This document shows, piece by piece, positions 56,542-63,320 of a stretch of 64,000 nt of DNA. Position numbers and translations under genes: made by a program. The DNA lies in NCBI GenBank assembly GCA_902541695.1, contig CACBRT010000003.1, positions 2,437 through 66,436 on the forward strand, read 5' to 3'. Origin of the DNA: an uncultured Alphaproteobacteria bacterium (GTDB taxonomy: Bacteria; Pseudomonadota; Alphaproteobacteria; Rhodobacterales; Rhodobacteraceae). Below the pieces are notes generated by a model. That model worked only from the letters and a program-made list of their open reading frames with translations. It did no database searches and was not told where the DNA came from. Position 1 is the stretch's first letter, and every line of letters begins with the position of its first letter.

Positions 56542-57333
56542 ATGCCAAGAAAAGAAAAAACATATTTTGAAAGTCTAAAGGAATTTATTAAGACAATATT
56601 TTTTGCTTTATTAATTGCAGGATTAATTCGTACATTGTTCTTTCAACCATTTTGGATACCTTCTGGATCTATGAAACCTAATTTATTAATAGGAGATTAC
56701 ATATTTGTTAATAAATTTGTTTATGGTTATTCAAAATATTCCTGTCCATTTTCTATATGTCCTTTTAAAGGCAGACTATTTTATAGTGAACCCAAAAGAG
56801 GAGACGTAGTGGTGTTTAGGCACCCTGTTAATGGGAAAGACTATGTGAAGAGATTGATTGGATTACCAGGTGACGAAATATCAATAAAAAGTGGTAGAAT
56901 ACTGATAAACGGAAAAAAAATTAATACAAAAGAAACAGATTCTTTCATTGAAATAAAAGAGAGACAAGGCCCTTTAGAGTCTATTCCAAGATGTAGTAAT
57001 GCCCCTGTTTCTTTAGGTGCTAAATGTGAAAAAAGACAATATATAGAAGAAATATCTGATGGTTTAGAAGTAAGAATTTTGGATATTTCTGATGATGAAT
57101 ATGGAGATAATATTTCTTCTTTAGAGGTACCTGATGACAATTTTTTCTTTATTGGTGACAATCGTGACAATTCATTAGACAGTAGATTCGGTAGAGCTGC
57201 AGGAGGAGTTGGTTTTGTTAAATCTGAAAATCTAATAGGTAGAGCTGATGGAATTTTGTTTTCCTCAGCAGGAAAAATGTTAATTTCATTTTGGTCATGG
57301 AGAAAAGATCGTTTTTTTAAGGGAATAAATTGA
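56542..57333 (+). CDS. lepB: signal peptidase I
   Basis: 263 aa, SGSMKPNL (Ser), KRLIGLPGD (Lys), GDNRDNSLDSR motifs. TGA stop at 57331-57333. Confidence 0.93.
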   Translation: MPRKEKTYFESLKEFIKTIFFALLIAGLIRTLFFQPFWIPSGSMKPNLLIGDYIFVNKFVYGYSKYSCPFSICPFKGRLFYSEPKRGDVVVFRHPVNGKDYVKRLIGLPGDEISIKSGRILINGKKINTKETDSFIEIKERQGPLESIPRCSNAPVSLGAKCEKRQYIEEISDGLEVRILDISDDEYGDNISSLEVPDDNFFFIGDNRDNSLDSRFGRAAGGVGFVKSENLIGRADGILFSSAGKMLISFWSWRKDRFFKGIN

Positions 57334-58019
57334 AACTCAATTTAAATCAAAAAGAATTATGTGAAAATTTAGATTACTCATTCCAAAATTTAGATTTTCT
57401 TGAACAGGCTTTAGTTCATTCTTCATTAAAATCTAGAGGAGCAAATAATAATCAAAGGATGGAATTTTTAGGAGATAGAATTCTTGGATTTGTAATATCC
57501 GATTATCTATTTACTAACTATCCAGAATGGAAAGAAGGTGATCTTGCATTAAATTATAATTCCTTAGTTTGTAAGAAGACCTGTGGTGAAATTGCAGAGC
57601 AAATTGATTTAGGCAAATCACTTATAATGGGAAAATCAGAATCAAAACACGGTGGTCGCTTAAAAAAGGCAATATTAGCTGATGCTTTGGAGGCACTTAT
57701 TTCCGCTGTTTATTTGGATTCAAATTTAAAAACTGTTAAGAAATTAATTTTAAATTTATGGTCTTCAAAATTGAAAAATGTTGGAGATGTTGAATTAGAT
57801 TCAAAAACAGCATTACAACATTGGATTCAAGGTAAGGGTGGAGGCTTACCAATCTATACTGATCTTAAAAAAGAGGGATTAGATCATGATCCAACGTTTC
57901 ATGTTCAAGTAAAACTTGATAATGGCTTAACTGCAAATGGTATGGCAAAGTCAAAAAGGTATGCTCAGCAAAAAGCTGCTGAAAAACTTTTATTAGAAAT
58001 AAAAAAAATTAATGAATGA
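57330..58019 (+). CDS. rnc: ribonuclease III
   Basis: 229 aa, TTG start overlapping the lepB stop. NQRMEFLGDRILG signature and C-terminal dsRBD. Confidence 0.95.
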   Translation: MKLNLNQKELCENLDYSFQNLDFLEQALVHSSLKSRGANNNQRMEFLGDRILGFVISDYLFTNYPEWKEGDLALNYNSLVCKKTCGEIAEQIDLGKSLIMGKSESKHGGRLKKAILADALEALISAVYLDSNLKTVKKLILNLWSSKLKNVGDVELDSKTALQHWIQGKGGGLPIYTDLKKEGLDHDPTFHVQVKLDNGLTANGMAKSKRYAQQKAAEKLLLEIKKINE

Positions 58020-58884
58020 TAATAATGAGAGGTCTGGAATAGTCACTATTTTAGGTGAGGTAAACGTTGGTAAGTCAAGTTTATTAAATGTTTTAGTAAA
58101 AAAAGATATTTCAATAATTACTCATAAATCAAATACCACTAATAAACAAATAAAAGGAATTAGAACTCATAAAAAATCTCAAATAACATTTATAGATACT
58201 CCTGGGTTATATTTCAGCAAAGGAAAAACCAATCGTAATTTTTTGACTGATATATGGAATGCTGTTGCTGAAGCTGACTTTTTGTGTGTAGTACTAGACA
58301 TTAGTAAAAATGTTTCTCAAAATTTATTTCAATTTTTTGAGCAAATTGATTTAAAAAATTTACCATACAAAAAATCAATTTTAGTACTTAATAAAATCGA
58401 TCTTGTAGAGAAAGAAAAATTGTTAATCAGAGCAAAAGAAATAAATGACAAATTACAATTTGATAAAACATTTATGATATCAGCAAAGAAGAAATATGGG
58501 GTAGACGATTTATTTTTATGGTTAAGTAAAAACATAACAAAAAAAAAGTGGTTATATCCATCTGATAAAAATAGTGATCAATCATTTGAAGACCAAATAA
58601 ATGAAAAAACAAGGGAGATAATTCTTTTACGAATTCATGACGAAATACCTTACAATATAGAAGTTAATTCAGACAAAATTTTAAATTTTGGAAGATCAAA
58701 AATAAGGATTTTTCAATCCATTTTTGTAGAAAACCAAAGACATAGAAGTATTTTAATAGGTAAAAAGGGAGAAACAATTAAATATATATCGATGAATGCA
58801 AGAAAAAAAATTGAAATGTATATGAAAAAAAAAGTTGATCTCTTTTTGAATGTAAAAATTAAAAAAAAACAAAATAAGAAATAG
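58012..58884 (+). CDS. era: GTPase Era
   Basis: 290 aa, GEVNVGKSSLLN, DTPG, NKID motifs and C-terminal KH domain. Confidence 0.93.
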   Translation: MNDNNERSGIVTILGEVNVGKSSLLNVLVKKDISIITHKSNTTNKQIKGIRTHKKSQITFIDTPGLYFSKGKTNRNFLTDIWNAVAEADFLCVVLDISKNVSQNLFQFFEQIDLKNLPYKKSILVLNKIDLVEKEKLLIRAKEINDKLQFDKTFMISAKKKYGVDDLFLWLSKNITKKKWLYPSDKNSDQSFEDQINEKTREIILLRIHDEIPYNIEVNSDKILNFGRSKIRIFQSIFVENQRHRSILIGKKGETIKYISMNARKKIEMYMKKKVDLFLNVKIKKKQNKK

Positions 58885-58903
58885 ATTTAAATTAAATAAC
58901 ATT

Positions 58904-59236
58904 ATGAAGTTTCCTAGAGTAAGAACAGAAATTTGGATTTCGGCATATCGAGCAAAATTGGAAAAGGAGGGAATTCCTTTTTATTTTTATAAAAAAGGGG
59001 ATAAGTCTGCTGGAGCAATATTGATTAAAATTTGTAATTTTGAATTTGATTTTGAATTATATCATAGAATAAATGATATAAATGGAAAACAAAAATGGGA
59101 GAGATTTTTATCTGGTACGGAAGAACAAATTGATAGTGCTATAAAACGCCAGTGTAATTTTGATCCAGATATTTGGGTTTTAGAAATTGATGACCCAAAA
59201 GGTAAAATTCATCTTAATAATTTTAATGAAACATAA
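58904..59236 (+). CDS. DUF1491-family protein
   Basis: 110 aa, sits between era and recO as in other Alphaproteobacteria. W.SAY.R......IP......GD..AGAILIK pattern. Confidence 0.6.
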   Translation: MKFPRVRTEIWISAYRAKLEKEGIPFYFYKKGDKSAGAILIKICNFEFDFELYHRINDINGKQKWERFLSGTEEQIDSAIKRQCNFDPDIWVLEIDDPKGKIHLNNFNET

Positions 59237-59238
59237 CA

Positions 59239-59979
59239 ATGAATTGGACTGATGAAGGACTACTATTAAGGGTAAATCCTCACGGAGAAAAATCTGCTGT
59301 TATTCAGGTTTTTACCAAATCAAAAGGAATTCATGCTGGTATTATTAAAAATGCTTTTTCTCGCAAAATGGGTACTACTTTACAACCTAGTAGTCAATTG
59401 CATGTTATTTGGTCAAGTAGACTAGAAGAACATTTGGGGACTTATAAGGTAGATCTTTTAAAAACAAGAGCAGATACCCTAATAGGCAATAAAATTGCAC
59501 TTGATATGTTTAATTCTCTTTCCTCTCTTTGTATTTCTTTATTAGCAGAGAGAGATCCAATGCCTGAATTTTATCAAAAAACAGTTAAATTCTTAGACCT
59601 AATAGAAACCCACGAAAATTGGGAATATTTATATCTAGATTGGGAATTAAATTTATTGACCTGTATTGGTTATGGACTTGATTTAGATAAATGTGTTGCT
59701 TCTGGTTCAACAGAAAACCTTTATTATATTTCTCCTAAATCGGGCAAGGCTGTTAGTAGAGAATATGGTTTAAAGTATGACAAAAAGCTTTTACCTTTTC
59801 CTATTATATTAAAAGAAAAAAAAACATATAATAGTTTTAATAAATCAGATCTATTATCAGGTTTAAGAATTACAGGTTTTTTTATTAAGAAGTGGCTTAA
59901 ATATGCTTTAAATAATGATCAAACTATGTTGATAAGGCAGAGATTAATCGATACCCTATCCAATGAGGAAAATATCTGA
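59239..59979 (+). CDS. recO: DNA repair protein RecO
   Basis: 246 aa, W.DEG.LL.V..HGE N-terminal OB-fold pattern, position after era. Confidence 0.85.
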   Translation: MNWTDEGLLLRVNPHGEKSAVIQVFTKSKGIHAGIIKNAFSRKMGTTLQPSSQLHVIWSSRLEEHLGTYKVDLLKTRADTLIGNKIALDMFNSLSSLCISLLAERDPMPEFYQKTVKFLDLIETHENWEYLYLDWELNLLTCIGYGLDLDKCVASGSTENLYYISPKSGKAVSREYGLKYDKKLLPFPIILKEKKTYNSFNKSDLLSGLRITGFFIKKWLKYALNNDQTMLIRQRLIDTLSNEENI

Positions 59980-60116
59980 TTTAAGCCATATAAATAAAGG
60001 GTTTGATTTTCTATTTCTTTGAAAAAGGCTCTAAAGGGGCACTTCGTGTGAGTTTTGTAAGAACATAACAATCATAACAATCATAACACCCACCCCAAAG
60101 ACATATCCTTGAGGGT
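59943..60116 (+). repeat. direct repeat copy 1 (recO 3' end plus ~137 nt downstream)
   Basis: Hand alignment: 59943-60042 versus 62547-62646 is 90/100 identical without gaps. The terminal 27 nt CCACCCCAAAGACATATCCTTGAGGGT are 25/27 identical to copy 2. Confidence 0.85.
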
Positions 60117-60167
60117 ACCCCAAAAACCATAGCCTAATCTTAGCAAGTACGACTGCTAACACATTTT
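60114..60167. repeat. junction module A (GGTACCC - A-run - hairpin)
   Basis: GGTACCCCAAAAACCATAGCCTAATCTTAGCAAGTACGACTGCTAACACATTTT. Shares GGTACCC, A5, ATAG, TTAGCAAGTA, TGCT and ACATTTT blocks in the same order with 61314-61366. Contains the hairpin TTAGCA-N8-TGCTAA just 3' of the minus-strand cysK-like gene. Confidence 0.6.
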
Positions 60168-60169
60168 GA

Positions 60170-61072
60170 TTACAGGTACTTTAAACCACTATCACAACCA
60201 AAAGTAACAATATTTTGCTTAGGCGACATCTCCCGTGCAAGCTTAATTGCTCCAACAACATTCATTCCCGTTGATGTGCCACAGAAGATACCATGTTTTT
60301 GAGCAAGGACTTTTCTCATTTCAAAAGCTTCGACTTGATCAACTGCATAAAATTGATTAACTCTTTTAGAGTCTAAAAATGGAGGATAAAAGCCGACACC
60401 AACACCTTCAACCTGATGAGACCCTCCAAAACCTTGAGTCAACAGGGGGGACTGACTTGGTTCAAAAGCTATCACTTTTGGAAATTCATCTTTTTTATGT
60501 AGCCCTTCTAGAGCCCCCATCAGGGCTCCCCCAGTTCCTACCGATGCACAAAGCAAATCAACTTTGTCTTCTATTTGTTGAGCAATCTCTAAACCCATTG
60601 GTTGATAACCGAGCACTACATCCTTTGAACCAAATTGGTCGGCATAAAAACCATTTATTTTATCAACTTTTTCATGAGCAAGTTCTTTCATTTTTTTAAT
60701 AAGTTCTGGTGAGATTCCTTTTCCGTATGACGGAACTACAATCACCTCTGCACCAAATGCCTCCATCGCAAGCTGTTTCGAATGAGAAAAAGCGTCTGAA
60801 AATATAGCAGTGAACTTTATACCTAAACAAGCACATGCAAAAGCCAGCGCAGAGCCTGTACTACCGCCAGTATATTCTACAACAGTCTGGCTCAAAGTTA
60901 AATTCCCTTTACGGATAGCTTCCCCGATTACAGAAATCGCCATTCGATCTTTGTAGGAACCTGTCGGGTTACCGCTCTCAACCTTCAACCAGATTGAAGC
61001 ACCTTCATCTGGTTTTAAAACATTTAGTTTTATAAGAGGCGTATTCCCTACTTGTTTAAATGAACATTGCAT
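60170..61072 (-). CDS. cysteine synthase / PLP-dependent beta-synthase (PALP) family protein
   Basis: 300 aa, GNTPL, PTGSYKDR (PLP Lys), GGSTGSALAF and SVGTGGAL motifs. Markedly higher G+C than its surroundings. Confidence 0.85.
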   Translation of the reverse strand: MQCSFKQVGNTPLIKLNVLKPDEGASIWLKVESGNPTGSYKDRMAISVIGEAIRKGNLTLSQTVVEYTGGSTGSALAFACACLGIKFTAIFSDAFSHSKQLAMEAFGAEVIVVPSYGKGISPELIKKMKELAHEKVDKINGFYADQFGSKDVVLGYQPMGLEIAQQIEDKVDLLCASVGTGGALMGALEGLHKKDEFPKVIAFEPSQSPLLTQGFGGSHQVEGVGVGFYPPFLDSKRVNQFYAVDQVEAFEMRKVLAQKHGIFCGTSTGMNVVGAIKLAREMSPKQNIVTFGCDSGLKYL

Positions 61073-61281
61073 TGAGGATTACTCACTTCATTTTCATAAA
61101 AATAAAATAATATTTTTAGTACTATTACAAGAGCAATCATAATCATTAAAATTATGTTCAAGAAGGTCTGAGATTTCTAATCCTCAAATTTGTAACGTTA
61201 TTTGTCACTTATCAGCCATTTTGCCATAAGCATAGCATAATTGAACTTCAAGTTTTCTAAGCATAGTTGAGTTAAAAGTGT

Positions 61282-61323
61282 ACAGGGCGATTGGATTCGA
61301 ACCTACTACCAACGGTACCCAAA
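61282..61323 (-). pseudogene. tRNA-Pro(UGG) 3'-half remnant (anticodon loop to discriminator)
   Basis: Minus strand splits exactly into tRNA geometry: loop TTTGGGT / stem ACCGT / variable TGGTA / T-stem GTAGG / T-loop TTCGAAT / CCAAT / acceptor CGCCCTG / T. There is no 5' half and no CCA, and the T-stem has one A-A mismatch. Confidence 0.55.
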
Positions 61324-61366
61324 AAAAATAGTTTTTTGTTAGCAAGTATTTTTGCTCATACATTTT
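61314..61366. repeat. junction module B (paralog of module A)
   Basis: GGTACCCAAAAAAAATAGTTTTTTGTTAGCAAGTATTTTTGCTCATACATTTT. Hairpin AGCAA-N6-TTGCT lies 3' of the minus-strand ORF 61445-61792. The GGTACCC end overlaps the tRNA-Pro remnant. Confidence 0.6.
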
Positions 61367-61444
61367 TTAATTTGTTTAGGTGCAAGTTTATACGGTTAGT
61401 CTATTTTAAATATTTTCACTTATATTTTAGTTTTTTTTAAGAAG

Positions 61445-61792
61445 TTACAAATTACTATGATAGCTAGCTACATGTTCTAATTTTAATTCTTGATCTGATT
61501 TTTCTATATCATCTCTTGTAATCTCGAATATTTTCATAATCTCCTCAAGATTTGTAATATCATCTGGATGATCACTTTTCAGCCAATTTTCTAAACTTTC
61601 TGCAGGATCTCGAATAATAATCATAGCAGTTCCAGCAGGTAACTTTGCAAAAAATGCATCTATTGAATTAATTCCTGTTCTTTTTGCATGTTTTTCCATC
61701 CAATGTGGATCACCATGTGTCTTTTTTATAAGTGATTTAAATTGGTCAATTTTATCATCTAGTAATGTCATGTAAGTAAGTATTTTGGACAA
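61445..61792 (-). CDS. hypothetical protein (115 aa, no family recognised)
   Basis: Intact ORF in the islet with AT-rich codon usage like the host. No motif recognised. Confidence 0.55.
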   Translation of the reverse strand: MSKILTYMTLLDDKIDQFKSLIKKTHGDPHWMEKHAKRTGINSIDAFFAKLPAGTAMIIIRDPAESLENWLKSDHPDDITNLEEIMKIFEITRDDIEKSDQELKLEHVASYHSNL

Positions 61793-61904
61793 TTGATACT
61801 CCTTTATTATTTCAATTAGAAGTTTTTTATAAAGATACTATGAAGATTAAAAGAAATGAATATAAGTATTTAATTTTAATATTATGAATTTATGTAAGGT
61901 AAAA

Positions 61905-62252
61905 TTATAGGTTTTTAAAAAATTTATCTATTAAAATTATGCCTCTTGATGCTGACATTTTTGTATTTATTAAAAGTTCCTTTGTTTCAGCATTATTCAT
62001 AAATTCATTTAATAATTTTTGCACTTTATTGAAGCATTTTTCGTCTTCATATTCAAAGGTTACTCCAATTCTATAGACATTATTAGAATTCCATATTTGA
62101 GAATGTGTTCTTCTTACTAATCCTGCATTTAGAAGTTTCTCAGAATTTGATTTATCATTTTCTATTTGTTCAATGTACTTAATATATAAATTCATTTGAG
62201 CTTTTGAGGGAAAGTCAATCAATGTGTAACTTAGTAATTTAGTTTTTTGCAT
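61905..62252 (-). CDS. hypothetical protein (115 aa, possibly a small alpha+beta fold)
   Basis: Intact ORF in the islet. Alternating beta-like segments (LLSYTLIDF, YRIGVTFEYED) but no motif recognised. Confidence 0.55.
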   Translation of the reverse strand: MQKTKLLSYTLIDFPSKAQMNLYIKYIEQIENDKSNSEKLLNAGLVRRTHSQIWNSNNVYRIGVTFEYEDEKCFNKVQKLLNEFMNNAETKELLINTKMSASRGIILIDKFFKNL

Positions 62253-62315
62253 TCATTTATCTTTTAAAATTAATTGATATATTTAATCAGGATTAATAAA
62301 ACCTACGCAACTAAA

Positions 62316-62446
62316 TTATTTGATATTTGGTTTATAAATAATCTCAACAAAATACTCTTGATTATCGTAAAACAAAGAATAAAACCTACCATCTTCACCT
62401 GTTGGTCTTTTGATAGTCTTTCCATCAGTTATAATTTTTTTTGCAT
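62316..62446 (-). pseudogene. short ORF remnant, frame broken at an A8 run
   Basis: ATG (complement of 62444-62446) CAA AAA AAA then out of frame. With one extra A it reads MQKKIITDGKTIKRPTGEDGRFYSLFYDNQEYFVEIIYKPNIK-stop. The open frame itself has no start codon. Confidence 0.3.
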
Positions 62447-62546
62447 TTGTGTAAAGGTTTAACTTTTAAGGATAGTTTTGTTTGTTAATTTGATCTTAGC
62501 TTGTAGTATTTTTAAAACACACAGAGCACAAAAAAAACGGAAAAAA

Positions 62547-62733
62547 ATTAATCGATATCCAATCCAATGAGGAAAATACCTGATTTAAGCTTTATAAATA
62601 AGGGGTTTGATTTTCAGTTTCTCTGAAAAAGGCTCTAAAGGGGGACTTTGAGGGGGAGAATTTTGAGTTTTCTTTTTCAAAATGACAGATATGACACTTA
62701 TGACATCCACCCCTAAGACCTATCCTTGAGGGT
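62547..62733 (+). repeat. direct repeat copy 2 (orphan recO-tail remnant plus downstream element)
   Basis: TTA ATC GAT ATC CAA TCC AAT GAG GAA AAT ACC TGA encodes LIDIQSNEENT-stop, against the recO tail LIDTLSNEENI-stop. There is no recO body upstream. Confidence 0.85.
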
Positions 62734-62969
62734 GAAGTATTAAAAAAAAATTCCAAATAATAGAAATAATTAAATAGCAAAATATACTTAGCCTAAAAAA
62801 TAGTCATTACAGTTAAAGTTTATAAAGATAAAAAGAATACTTCTTGATAAGCAAATTAGAAATCCCTAATTTTTCTCTATTATAAATTTTTATAAGTGCT
62901 GAAATAGTCTATTAGATTTAAATCGGTTAATTTTTTATCAAAGAAAGCTTTATTATAAAGGAGAAATAA

Positions 62970-63254
62970 ATGATAGTTATGCTAACACAAGACCTTGCCA
63001 GAGGATTTGCTCCATGAAAAGAAATGTATTTTGAAAATCAAGCTGAGTTAAATGCTTTAGGTGCAAAACTGATTTTTGCTGGCCCACATAAAGACGATAA
63101 TAATAAAATGATGGTCTTGATTGATTTTGAATCTCCAGAAGCCATGAAGGCTTTTGCAGGACACGAAGGACTTAAGGCAAAACGTGTAGCTGCTGGAGCA
63201 ATTTTAGAATCTAATGTTTTAACAATTATGGGAGAGGAATCCTTCACAGAATAA
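62970..63254 (+). pseudogene. small conserved-looking protein (94 codons) with in-frame TGA at codon 16
   Basis: AAGGAG (62958-62963) 6 nt before ATG 62970. MIVMLTQDLARGFAP-TGA(63015-63017)-KEMYFENQAELNALGAKLIFAGPHKDDNNKMMVLIDFESPEAMKAFAGHEGLKAKRVAAGAILESN... The track ORF starts at ATG 63024, which has no comparable RBS. Confidence 0.55.
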
Positions 63255-63320
63255 AAATAAATATGAAATGGTAATTATGTTGGAAACTATTCAGGGTGAA
63301 CAAAAGGTGGAGATAAAACA

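Larger units (their letters stand above)
59943..62733. mobile_element. putative integrated genomic islet (integration scar) bounded by direct repeats at the recO 3' end
   Basis: Direct repeats 59943-60116 and 62547-62733. Interior has a compositionally foreign gene, orphan ORFs, a tRNA-Pro 3' half and duplicated junction modules. No recombinase gene seen. Confidence 0.4.

Noticed and set aside
60011-60130. Minus-strand 39-aa ORF MVFGVPSRICLWGGCYDCYDCYVLTKLTRSAPLEPFSKK in repeat copy 1. Together with the track ORF 62592-62780 in copy 2 (..SPSRIGLRGGCHKCHICHF..) it shares PSRI.L.GGC-x2-C-x2-C, and I considered it as a small Cys-rich peptide or RiPP-like precursor.
   Set aside because: The shared peptide segment simply mirrors the conserved DNA and the 9-bp repeats. 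The best-conserved nucleotides downstream are read in different frames in the two copies, the C-termini and lengths are unrelated, and neither ORF has a credible RBS. Kept only as a low-probability alternative.
60139-60160. Integron gene cassettes with attC sites (hairpins TTAGCA-N8-TGCTAA at 60139-60160 and AGCAA-N6-TTGCT near 61341-61356).
   Set aside because: The hairpins are only ~16-20 nt, against 57 nt or more for attC. They lack proper RYYYAAC/GTTRRRY core pairs and extrahelical-base architecture, and no intI or attI is in the window.
59980-61323. Two-piece (permuted) alphaproteobacterial tmRNA or another known RNA gene as the integration target.
   Set aside because: No tag reading frame ending in hydrophobic ..AA-stop, no G3:U70-type acceptor pairing and no CCA. 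The only T-arm (61282-61323) has a plain tRNA-Pro layout, not a tmRNA one. No SRP, RNase P or 6S signatures seen.
62274-62462. 62-aa plus-strand track ORF in the islet spacer.
   Set aside because: No RBS and Ile/Leu/Phe/Asn-rich. The opposite strand gives the more protein-like, though broken, reading frame reported at 62316-62446.
63015-63017. Genome-wide UGA-to-Trp reassignment (genetic code 4) as the explanation for the in-frame TGA.
   Set aside because: TGA ends pheS (30760-30762) and lepB (57331-57333) exactly where those proteins are expected to end, so UGA is a normal stop here.
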